NCBI GenBank assembly: GCA_964595665.1
Contig: CAZQQS010000005.1
Coordinates: 1-32,000, forward strand
Reading direction: 5' to 3'
Source of the DNA: an uncultured archaeon
Lineage (GTDB): Archaea; Iainarchaeota; Iainarchaeia; Iainarchaeales; 0-14-0-20-30-16
Length of the DNA: 32,000 bases
Part shown: piece after piece, positions 24,737 through 32,000 of the stretch
Layout of the letters: each line of letters opens with the position of its first letter
How positions within the stretch are numbered: position 1 is the stretch's first letter
The notes under the pieces: model-generated
Databases searched by the model: none
Told to the model about the DNA's origin: nothing
The model's input: the letters and a program-made list of their open reading frames with translations, nothing else
Translations under genes and position numbers: made by a program

Positions 24737-27159
24737 AACAAAGTTTTTTGCTTTGTTTCTTGAGTAATAAATTTTGTTTCTAGTTTTTTTTCTATTTCTT
24801 TTGCTTTCTCAATTACACTTTGTGGCAAACCAGCTAATTTAGCAACTTCAATTCCAAAACTTTTATTTATGCTTCCTTTTTCGATTTTTCTTAAAAATAT
24901 AATTTGGTTATCAATTTCTTTTGCTGAGAAGTTATAATTCTTTATACCTTTAAAATCATTTTCTAATTGTGTTAATTCGTGATAATGTGTTGCAAAAAGA
25001 GTTTTTGCATTTAATTTATTATGAATATATTCTAAAACAGACCACGCAATACTTATTCCATCATAAGTAGAAGTGCCTCGCCCTATTTCATCTAATATAA
25101 TAAATGAATTTTCTGTTGCGTTATTTAAAATATTTGCAGTCTCAATCATTTCAACCATAAAAGTACTTAAACCTAAAGATAAATTATCACTTGCACCAAT
25201 TCGAGTAAATATTTTGTCTACTGGTTTTATTTCCGCATATTCTGCAGGAATATATGATCCAATTTGCGCCATTAAAATTATTAATGCATTTTGTCTTAAA
25301 TACGAGCTTTTCCCAGACATATTTGCACCAGTTATAATTAAAGTATTTTCTTCTGAATTTAAATGCAAATCATTAGGAATAAATCTTTCTTTAATTATTT
25401 GTTCTAATATAGGGTGTCTTCCGTTTTTTATAAATATTTTATTTTCTTCAATTATTTTTGGTTTAATATAATTATTTTTAAATGCACACAAAGCTAAAGA
25501 ATTATAAAAATCAATTTCAGAAATAATCTTTGCTAAAGAATATACTTCTTCTAAAATTAATTTCGATTCTTCAACTAATTTTAAAAATAATTCTAATTCT
25601 AAAATTCTAGCTTTTTCTTCCGAGCCTAAAACTTTGTTTTCTAAATTCTTTAAATCTTCAGTAATTAGTCTTTCATTATTTGCCAAAGTTTGTTTTCTTA
25701 CAAAATAATTTGGTAAATTATCAGCTTGAGATTTAGGAACTTCAAAAAAGAATCCAAATAATTTATTATATCCTATTCGCAATGTTTTTATTCCTGTTTT
25801 TTCTCTCTCTGATGCTTCCAAATCCAACAAAATTTGTTTTGAATTTTGTTTTATATTTAATAGCTCATCCAAATCTTCTGAAAAGCCATTTTTGATAAAA
25901 TTACCTTCTTTATAATTACCAGAATATTCTTCATTAATAGATAAATCTATTAATTCTGAGAAATTCTTTAACTCATTAGAAACATCATAAGATAAATTTT
26001 CTAAATTCTCTTTTAAAAAATCATTTAATGGAATTAATTGAAATATTGTTTGTTTTAAAGCAATTAAATCTCTTGGATTTGCACTATTATAATTTATTTT
26101 TGATGCCAATCTTTCTAAATCACAAATGCCAGATAAAAAACTTTCTAAATTAAAATGTAAATTCTTTGTTAAAATATTTTCAACTACATTTAAACTATAC
26201 TCAATATCCTCTTTTGATTTTAAAGGACTTAAAATATTCTTTTTTAATAATCTTGAACCCATTGCAGTTTTAGTAAAATCTAAAACAGATAATAAAGTAT
26301 TTTTAGTTTCAGAATCGTAATTTTTAATTAATTCTAAATTCTTTATTGTGTGAATATCTAAAGATAAATATTTTTCTTTTTCAAAAAATTTAATATTTTT
26401 AAAATGTTTTGATTTTGATTTTTGAGTATATTCTAAATATTGTAATAATGCCCCAATACTAGAAACAATTTCAAATTTATTTTCTAAACCAAAAGAATTT
26501 AATGATAAAACATTAAAAATATCTTTTATTTTTTCCTTTCCAAAATCATAATTATAATAAATAAATGGTTGTTCATTAAAAGTTGCATTTGAAATTCTTT
26601 TTAATGATTCCAACAAAGACTCATCAAAAGAATCTGGATAAATTATTTCTGCAGGATTTATTTTTGCCAAATCCGAATAAATATTTTCCAAATCCGTTTC
26701 CAAAACAAAAAATTCCCCTGTAGATATATCAACAAAACTTAATCCAATAATATTTGATTTAAAGATAGATAACAAATAATTATTTGTTTTAGAATCTAAA
26801 AAATCATCTTCAAATATTGTTCCAGGAGTTACAGTTCTAACAACATCTCGTTTTACTAATCTACCCTTAACTAATTTTGGGTCTTCAATTTGTTCAATAA
26901 TGGTTACTGTTTTTCCAGCATTAATTAATTTCTTTAAATAAGGGTTTAATGCATGATAAGGTATTCCAGCCAAAGGCACTTTAGATTTAGCACCTCTTTT
27001 CGTCAAAGTTATGTTTAATGTCTCAGCAACAACTTTTGCATCTTCAAAAAAACACTCGTAAAAATCACCCATTCTAAATAATAGGATTGATTTTGGATAA
27101 TTTTTCTTGATGTCTAGAAATTGTTTTAAAGCTGGAGTCAAATCTTGATATTCTACCAT
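24733..27159 (-). CDS. mutS: DNA mismatch repair protein MutS (MutS1 type)
   Basis: N-terminal TPALKQFLDIKK...FRMGDFYECF (Phe-x-Glu mismatch-recognition motif), Walker A TGANMSGKSSYLRQ, Walker B FIILDEIGRGTSTYDG, FATHYHELT. No C-terminal Smr domain. Confidence 0.93.
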   Translation of the reverse strand: MVEYQDLTPALKQFLDIKKNYPKSILLFRMGDFYECFFEDAKVVAETLNITLTKRGAKSKVPLAGIPYHALNPYLKKLINAGKTVTIIEQIEDPKLVKGRLVKRDVVRTVTPGTIFEDDFLDSKTNNYLLSIFKSNIIGLSFVDISTGEFFVLETDLENIYSDLAKINPAEIIYPDSFDESLLESLKRISNATFNEQPFIYYNYDFGKEKIKDIFNVLSLNSFGLENKFEIVSSIGALLQYLEYTQKSKSKHFKNIKFFEKEKYLSLDIHTIKNLELIKNYDSETKNTLLSVLDFTKTAMGSRLLKKNILSPLKSKEDIEYSLNVVENILTKNLHFNLESFLSGICDLERLASKINYNSANPRDLIALKQTIFQLIPLNDFLKENLENLSYDVSNELKNFSELIDLSINEEYSGNYKEGNFIKNGFSEDLDELLNIKQNSKQILLDLEASEREKTGIKTLRIGYNKLFGFFFEVPKSQADNLPNYFVRKQTLANNERLITEDLKNLENKVLGSEEKARILELELFLKLVEESKLILEEVYSLAKIISEIDFYNSLALCAFKNNYIKPKIIEENKIFIKNGRHPILEQIIKERFIPNDLHLNSEENTLIITGANMSGKSSYLRQNALIILMAQIGSYIPAEYAEIKPVDKIFTRIGASDNLSLGLSTFMVEMIETANILNNATENSFIILDEIGRGTSTYDGISIAWSVLEYIHNKLNAKTLFATHYHELTQLENDFKGIKNYNFSAKEIDNQIIFLRKIEKGSINKSFGIEVAKLAGLPQSVIEKAKEIEKKLETKFITQETKQKTLF

Positions 27160-27263
27160 ATATATAATACTTTCAGAAGAATGTATAAAAATAGTTTGGT
27201 TTTTAAATATATTTATACAAAATTATATAATTTAAACTTATTTTATATATTAAGAGGGATATT

Positions 27264-27824
27264 ATGTCATTTACAAAACAATTTAAGGAAACTATGAGAA
27301 AGATATTTAAAAAGGGTAAAGATGAAAATTACGACTATAAAAGTAAATATCAACAAAGATTAATAGAATTTAGAAAAATGAAAAACACAATTAATAAGTT
27401 AGAAACGCCTACAAACATTGTTAGAGCTAAAGAATTGGGTTATAAGGCTAAACCAGGGGTATTTGTAGTTTTAGTTAAAACTAGAAGAGGTTCTGGATTA
27501 TTTAGACAACCTAATGCTGGAAGAAGACCTAAAAGAATGGGTTTCAAGAAATTAACTAGAAATATAAGTATTCAAAGAATGGCTGAAGAAAAAGCTTCTA
27601 AAAAATACATAAATTGTGAAGTAGTTAATAGCTATTTAATTGGTGAAGACGGACACAATAAATATTTTGAAGTAATTTTAGCTTCTAAAAACCAACCTGA
27701 AGTTCAAAAAGATAAAGAATTAAAGAAAGTAATCAAAAAAACAGGTAGAGCTGAAAGAGGATTAACTTCTGCAGGTATAAAAAACAGAGGCTTAAGAAAA
27801 GTTCCAGAAAGGAACAAAAAATAA
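27264..27824 (+). CDS. rpl15e: 50S ribosomal protein L15e
   Basis: YQQRLIEFRK...TPTNIVRAKELGYKAKPGVFVVLVKTRRGSG...RRPKRMG is the L15e signature. GAGGG SD upstream. Confidence 0.93.
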   Translation: MSFTKQFKETMRKIFKKGKDENYDYKSKYQQRLIEFRKMKNTINKLETPTNIVRAKELGYKAKPGVFVVLVKTRRGSGLFRQPNAGRRPKRMGFKKLTRNISIQRMAEEKASKKYINCEVVNSYLIGEDGHNKYFEVILASKNQPEVQKDKELKKVIKKTGRAERGLTSAGIKNRGLRKVPERNKK

Positions 27825-27851
27825 AAGAGATTTAAATCTCTTTCTTTTTTT
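27824..27851 (+). terminator. Hairpin plus T7 tract after rpl15e
   Basis: AAAGAGA-TTTAAA-TCTCTTT forms a 7-bp stem (27824-27830 with 27837-27843), followed by CTTTTTTT (27844-27851). Confidence 0.4.
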
Positions 27852-27859
27852 ATATTATT

Positions 27860-28333
27860 ATGATTTTCTATAAATTCCAAAATATATCTTTTGTTAGCCC
27901 AAAAGAAAAAGGAGATATAATTGTATTTACTAATTTAAAAGAAGCAAATATATTTCCAAAATATTCTAATAATAAAACAGCAATATTTACTTCTGATGTT
28001 AATACTTTAGAATTTTGGATAAACAAAAAAATTGATTATATAATAAATCCTTTTGATTTCAAATCTCGAGCATTTGATAATAACACATTTTCATTAATGA
28101 AACAAAAAAATATAATTCCAATAATTATATTAGATTTTATTTTTGACAAAGATCCAAAAAAACAAAATTATTTGTTTAAACATTTAATACTATTCAACAA
28201 ACTTTGTAAAAAAAATAAGTTGCCAATAATGTTGTTATCAAATAATATAGATGTGGCTAATGCAATGTATTATGTTTTGGGATATAGTGAAAACCAAGCA
28301 AAAAATTTTCTAAGTGATTTATATGAAAGTTAA
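27860..28333 (+). CDS. rnp3: RNase P protein component 3 (Rpp30-like), short form
   Basis: It holds the conserved archaeal position between rpl15e and the Pop5 gene. IDYIINPFDF...D..TFSLMKQKNIIPIIILDFIF...FNKLCKKNKLPIMLLSNNIDV...YYVLGYSENQAKNFL follows the Rpp30 TIM-barrel C-terminal pattern. At 157 aa it is shorter than typical (>200 aa) Rpp30. Confidence 0.55.
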   Translation: MIFYKFQNISFVSPKEKGDIIVFTNLKEANIFPKYSNNKTAIFTSDVNTLEFWINKKIDYIINPFDFKSRAFDNNTFSLMKQKNIIPIIILDFIFDKDPKKQNYLFKHLILFNKLCKKNKLPIMLLSNNIDVANAMYYVLGYSENQAKNFLSDLYES

Positions 28334-28622
28334 AACACATAGTTTGCCTAAAAGTTTTAGAGACTCTAAAAGATATTTTGAATTAAATTGTAGTTTTGAA
28401 GATTTAAAAGAAATTAAGAAAAGTTTCTTATATTTATTTGGGGTTTTAAAATTTGCAGAAAGTGATTTTGGAATTAAAGACATAGATTCTAAAAACATAG
28501 TTAAAATCAACTCAGAATTTGCAAATGAATTTATTTTAAGCGTAAATGATTTTAACAAACGATTTAATAAAAATATAAAAATAACTAAAATCTCTGGAAC
28601 TATAAAATCTTTGGTGGAATAA
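28323..28622 (+). CDS. rnp2: RNase P protein component 2 (Pop5)
   Basis: SLPKSFRDSKRYFEL (cf. LPPTLR.K.RYI.FE) and C-terminal KISGTIKSL (Pop5 SGTIK motif). The track GTG 28314 is part of a GTGAT SD; ATG 28323 is preferred. Confidence 0.7.
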   Translation: MKVKTHSLPKSFRDSKRYFELNCSFEDLKEIKKSFLYLFGVLKFAESDFGIKDIDSKNIVKINSEFANEFILSVNDFNKRFNKNIKITKISGTIKSLVE

Positions 28623-28912
28623 TGGCTAAAGGTATAAATCTAGCAAAAAATAGAAAAAAAGAATTAGTTGAATTATATTTAAAATCTGATTTTGATCTTA
28701 AGAAAAATATTGCTGAGGAAATAACTAATTTAAATAAACGATTTTGTTTAAGAAAAACTATTGAAAAAGATTTGTTTTGCAAATATTGTTATTCTGATTT
28801 AGCTAATTCAAAAATTAGATTTGAAACAATTATTAAAAATAAAAAAGAAGTTAAAATAAAAAAAATAATTTGTAGCAATTGTAAAAAAGAAATTAAAAAG
28901 CAATTAATTTAA
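28622..28912 (+). CDS. rnp4: RNase P protein component 4 (Rpp21/Rpr2), zinc ribbon
   Basis: N-terminal helical region, then FCKYCYSDL...x~40...CSNCKKEI (CxxC...CxxC) and the Rpr2-type FCK.C..L motif. TAATG overlap with the Pop5 gene. GGTGGA SD. Confidence 0.7.
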   Translation: MAKGINLAKNRKKELVELYLKSDFDLKKNIAEEITNLNKRFCLRKTIEKDLFCKYCYSDLANSKIRFETIIKNKKEVKIKKIICSNCKKEIKKQLI

Positions 28913-28920
28913 TTGCTTTT
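28896..28920. terminator. Perfect 10-bp hairpin spanning both stop codons of convergent genes (bidirectional terminator candidate)
   Basis: AAAAGCAATT (28896-28905) pairs perfectly with AATTGCTTTT (28911-28920), with loop AATTT. A/T runs flank both sides. It covers the rnp4 stop (28910-12) and the stop of the 977-aa gene (28919-21). Confidence 0.45.
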
Positions 28921-31852
28921 ACTTTTTAGGAAATAACAAAAATAAAACTGCGATTATTCCAATTATAATTAATGGATTTATTCCACCCAACGAACCCAAT
29001 ATAGATGAGCTAGATTGTGTTGCAGTCTTTAATGTTTCTCCAAATACAGGAGTTATATTATAAGCTTGACTAATTCTTGATGTTGCAGCATCTTTAGATC
29101 TGCTAATAGTCCACAAAATCAAAGCCAATAAAGCAATTATAGCCAGTCCTGAGAATCCACCCATACCGCCCCAAACTCTTTTATACCAAGGTTCTGGTTT
29201 TTTAGGTTCTTTTGGTTTTTCAGGTTCTTCTGGCTCTTTTGGTTCTGGTTCTTTATCTGGTTCTTTAGGTTCTGGTTCTTTATCTTTTCCATCAATCTTT
29301 TCTTCCAATTCTGTAAACCTTTCATCAATTTTAGTTAATAATTCTTCAATAGTAGATTTAAATTCTGAAGCAGATAACAACCCCAAACCATTTATTTGTT
29401 CTATAATTTTAGTATTATTTGCTTCTAAAGCAGTTTCTAAAATTGGATCTAATATTTCTTTAATATTATCTTTTGTCAAAACTTTTTCTTTTAATTCTTT
29501 TAATATTTCTAAAGATTCCTTACTCAATGTTTTTGTTTCGCCAATTTCTGAAATAATGTGAATTATATTATCCATTAAAGCTTCTTTTTCGGCTTTAGTA
29601 AATCCTTCTATGCCTTCAATTGCTGTTTTTAATTCATCTCTTATAGCATCCATTCTAGATTCTAAATTATCAAATCTTTCTTTTAATGCATCTCTAATAA
29701 CATCTGCATATTCTGTACCTTTAAAATATTCTTTCATTTTATCTAAAACGCCTTGAGGAATATCTGATTCAGTAATTGCTTCTTTTACAATTTTTTTCAA
29801 ATTAGTTTCACCAACTAAATCTTTTATTTCAGACATTATTTTTTCTAAATCGCCAAATCTAGTACTGCTAAATTGATGTAAAGCAATTAAGTTTTCTCCT
29901 AATTCGAATATGTGATCTTGAGTTAATTTAAATCCATCTCTCATTAAATTTCTAACTTCTGCAAATCTTTGTAAAATTTGTTTATATCTACCTTTCCATT
30001 TCTTTTCAATTCTTCCAATTAAAACATCATTATTTTTTGCTAAAGATTCAGCTAATACTGTTTTTAATATTTTTTCAAATATTTGTGGTTGAGATTTTAA
30101 TGCATTTTCAATTTTTGCCAAAGATTCTGTAGCTAACCTTAAAGTTTCTTCTATTCTATTTGCTTGCAATCCAGATCTAGTTTCCATATCTCGCAAAGCT
30201 TCGCTTAATCTTAAAAACTCACTTTCAATAAACTTTTTATCTTCTGCAGATAATTTTCTGTCTTTTCTAACTTCTTCTAAAATAGTTTTTAAGTCTTCAG
30301 AAATTTTATCTACTTTTCTTTCTAATTCAGCTAACTTAGTTTTTAAACCGAAATCTCTTAATCGAGCTTTTTCTGCTTCCGCTTCAATTGCCCTTATTAA
30401 ATCATCTCTAGTAATTTTTAATTTACCAACAATATTAGTTTCAGCTCTTAAAATTAATTCATTAATCTTTTTCAAATCTTCTTCGCTTAATTTTGAACCT
30501 TTTACACCTTTTAAAATATTAATTACAGTTTGTTGAGTTTCAATTAAAACCTTAATGCTAGAAACACTTGCTGGGTTATTAGATAAATTAATTATTGTTT
30601 GATGTACTTGTCTCGCATCTGTAAAATTAAATGTTGTTTTAACCCACTCAAAAAATTGATTAAATTCTGTAAATCTCGCCCTAAAACTAGGATTTTCTCT
30701 TATAAACGTTATAAATATAGTTTCTGCTCGTTCTTGTTCTGGAGTTTTCTTTTCTTTAATTGGTCCGAAATCCATTTCTAATTGTTTAGGATTTTTTTTT
30801 TCAGGGCCCCTACCATCTAATTCAAATGGTTCTTTTTCTCCCTCAGTTAAAAGTTTTTGTTCTTTTCCAACAGACAATCTTTTATTTAATTCTATTTTAA
30901 TTTGTAATAATTGTAATATTTCTCTTCTTGCTGTTTGTCTTTGACCTGGATTTAATCTTGGATAATCGTTTAATAATTCAAATAATCTTCTTCTATCTCT
31001 AGGATTTAAATTATTTGCTTCTACTAACGCACCCTCTACAATAGATTCTATAGCTTTAGAATCAAATCTTAATCTTTCTAATTCGCCTCGAATATATTTT
31101 ACTAATGATCTTTCTTGTGGTTCACTTATAGCAAAACTAGCCCCTTTTACTACCACGCTACCTTTACCAGTTGGCTCAGGTTTTACTAATTTAACATTTC
31201 TTTTTGCACCAACAGGCAAACCTGTTTTTGGATCAATTATTTTACTAACTTCTTTAGGTTTAGGTTCTCTAATACTTTTTGAAGTTAATATAGCATTACC
31301 GTTTTTATCAACAACCCTAATTGGACCTTTAGATGAAGATTCGCTTGCCGGAATGGTTGCACTAGCTTTTGTTCCTCTAGAATTTACTTGTACAGCGCTA
31401 GCATTATCTAAACCTTCAATCATTTCAGAATTTGGTCTAACTCTAGAATTCGCATTTGTACCTTTTTTTTGAGCTATTAATTTATCTGCCCTAATTAATT
31501 CTTCTAAAATTCTCTTTCTAAAACTTATTTCTTGAATACGTTTTCTCATTACGGGTTCTTTATCTCCAAAAAAACCTGTTTTGCCTTTTCTTTTATTTTC
31601 AATTATTTTTTCAGCTTCAATACTCAAATCTTTAAATAATTTAGTTCTTGTTTGTGGAGTTAATCGAGAATATTCTATAGTAATTTGTTTTTTTTGATAT
31701 TCTAAACCACGTCTTGCTTTTTCTAATAAAATTATGTTTTTTGGCCTATTATTACGTTCTTTTGCTTCTCTTTGGCGTCTAGCCAACCTTTCAGCATTTA
31801 TTTCTTCCCTAGGTTTTGGTTTAATAATTTCTCTTGGTTTCTCTACAGCCAT
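28919..31852 (-). CDS. 977-aa Arg/Lys/Glu-rich coiled-coil protein with PEPK repeat linker and two C-terminal TM helices; function unknown
   Basis: Long uninterrupted ORF with an AAGGTGGG SD. There is no N-terminal signal peptide (MAVEKPREIIKPKPREEINAERLARRQREAKERNN). Heptad-like helical stretches cover about 450-880. Then KEPEPKEPDKEPEPKEPEEPEKPKEPKKPEP. TM1 is GGFSGLAIIALLALILWTI, followed by a ~40-aa S/T-rich loop, TM2 INPLIIIGIIAVLFLLF, then PKK*. Confidence 0.8.
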   Translation of the reverse strand: MAVEKPREIIKPKPREEINAERLARRQREAKERNNRPKNIILLEKARRGLEYQKKQITIEYSRLTPQTRTKLFKDLSIEAEKIIENKRKGKTGFFGDKEPVMRKRIQEISFRKRILEELIRADKLIAQKKGTNANSRVRPNSEMIEGLDNASAVQVNSRGTKASATIPASESSSKGPIRVVDKNGNAILTSKSIREPKPKEVSKIIDPKTGLPVGAKRNVKLVKPEPTGKGSVVVKGASFAISEPQERSLVKYIRGELERLRFDSKAIESIVEGALVEANNLNPRDRRRLFELLNDYPRLNPGQRQTARREILQLLQIKIELNKRLSVGKEQKLLTEGEKEPFELDGRGPEKKNPKQLEMDFGPIKEKKTPEQERAETIFITFIRENPSFRARFTEFNQFFEWVKTTFNFTDARQVHQTIINLSNNPASVSSIKVLIETQQTVINILKGVKGSKLSEEDLKKINELILRAETNIVGKLKITRDDLIRAIEAEAEKARLRDFGLKTKLAELERKVDKISEDLKTILEEVRKDRKLSAEDKKFIESEFLRLSEALRDMETRSGLQANRIEETLRLATESLAKIENALKSQPQIFEKILKTVLAESLAKNNDVLIGRIEKKWKGRYKQILQRFAEVRNLMRDGFKLTQDHIFELGENLIALHQFSSTRFGDLEKIMSEIKDLVGETNLKKIVKEAITESDIPQGVLDKMKEYFKGTEYADVIRDALKERFDNLESRMDAIRDELKTAIEGIEGFTKAEKEALMDNIIHIISEIGETKTLSKESLEILKELKEKVLTKDNIKEILDPILETALEANNTKIIEQINGLGLLSASEFKSTIEELLTKIDERFTELEEKIDGKDKEPEPKEPDKEPEPKEPEEPEKPKEPKKPEPWYKRVWGGMGGFSGLAIIALLALILWTISRSKDAATSRISQAYNITPVFGETLKTATQSSSSILGSLGGINPLIIIGIIAVLFLLFPKK
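29190..29287 (-). repeat. Imperfect tandem repeat encoding the (K/E)EP(E/D)PK linker
   Basis: An exact 18-bp copy of GGTTCTGGTTCTTTATCT occurs at 29241-29258 and 29268-29285 (27-bp period). Degenerate GGTTCT(T/G) units flank it from about 29190. Confidence 0.7.
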
Positions 31853-32000
31853 TTATACCCACCTTAATATATATATATTCATCATGGAAAAGTATATAAA
31901 TGAATACTTTTCTTGTTATTTTTTGAGTTTGTAAGTTAAAACATATTTGGTTCGTATGTTCTTGTCTTACCACCTCTCCCTAAAATTATTATAATTATTA

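Noticed and set aside
25073-25471. 132-aa plus-strand ORF antisense to mutS (also 26126-26320)
   Set aside because: Same reasoning: it is nested opposite the conserved MutS ATPase region, and the translation is compositionally biased with no recognisable features.
24733-27159. MutS as a MutS2/Smr-type or defence-island MutS paralogue
   Set aside because: The N-terminal mismatch-recognition domain with GDFYE is present, there is no C-terminal Smr or HNH nuclease domain, and it is paired with a full-length MutL. This is canonical MutS1.
28919-29100. C-terminus of the 977-aa protein (GGINPLIIIGIIAVLFLLFPKK*) as the sorting signal for the nearby archaeosortase-like enzyme; likewise the C-terminal TM+K tail of the partial ORF at 1-93
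   Set aside because: The tail has a tripartite look (small motif, TM, basic end). However, the 977-aa protein has no N-terminal signal peptide and carries a second TM upstream, so its bulk is probably cytoplasmic. No recurring motif can be established from two examples. It is kept only as something to test with a proteome-wide C-terminal motif search.
565-31934. Remaining short track ORFs nested antisense or out of frame: 565-792, 1020-1223, 4309-4554, 14613-14864, 15217-15510, 16060-16341, 18017-18199, 20458-20667, 21924-22202, 22532-22759, 22909-23109, 23951-24151, 28319-28558, 28600-28782, 29137-29328, 30599-30781, 31734-31934
   Set aside because: Each overlaps a longer ORF that has family-level motifs or clear operon context. 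None has an SD/ATG context like the real genes. 29137-29328 is merely an alternative frame through the PEPK DNA repeat.
1-32000. CRISPR arrays, transposases/integrases, prophage or toxin-antitoxin modules, rRNA/tRNA genes
   Set aside because: I looked for regularly spaced direct repeats, DDE/tyrosine-recombinase-like ORFs and GC-rich RNA-like islands. Apart from the 24.5-kb spacer and the in-gene PEPK repeat, none was seen. The window is almost fully occupied by the annotated CDSs.
31935-32000. Possible gene start or RNA at the right edge (CTTACCACCTCTCCC, i.e. GGGAGAGGTGGTAAG on the minus strand, resembles a strong SD)
   Set aside because: The only downstream minus-strand ATG (about 25 nt away) is followed immediately by a stop (ATG TTT TAA). 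The window ends before any plus-strand feature can be judged, so the data are insufficient.

Overview
The window is very AT-rich and tightly packed, with many 1-25 nt gene overlaps, and it is clearly archaeal. Evidence: RFC small and large subunits, ribosomal protein L15e followed by RNase P proteins Rpp30, Pop5 and Rpp21, EndoQ, and class III (type IV pilin-like) signal peptides. Composition and compactness suggest a small-genome DPANN-type archaeon, but that is inference. I saw no rRNA, tRNA, CRISPR array, transposase or integrase. Contents in order: (1) a lemA-htpX pair. (2) A complete minus-strand type IV filament locus at about 1.65-9.08 kb. It has a CpaF/FlaI-like ATPase, two separate single-domain TadB/TadC-like platform genes, three tandem 55-65 aa pilins (one missing from the ORF track), an A24 prepilin peptidase, and five overlapping Cys-rich pilin-like genes. 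(3) rfcS. (4) A dTMP-synthesis neighbourhood: long-form thyX, glyA, and a P-loop kinase fused to dCMP deaminase, interrupted by an M50 protease. (5) rfcL, an orphan pilin-like gene and secF-secD. (6) An overlapping minus-strand gene string: mutS, mutL (endonuclease motif intact), an Hjc-like PD-(D/E)xK nuclease, a patatin-like phospholipase, a small archaeosortase/exosortase-family protein, and EndoQ. (7) rpl15e with three RNase P protein genes. (8) A 977-aa arginine-rich coiled-coil protein with a PEPK repeat linker and two C-terminal TM helices. My best candidate for a novel system is the Tad/Epd-like filament locus with its split platform and disulfide-rich minor pilin set. Runners-up are the MutL-coupled nuclease/patatin/archaeosortase/EndoQ string, the kinase-deaminase fusion, and the giant membrane-anchored coiled-coil protein. 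All family calls rest on motif recognition by eye; no database search was run.
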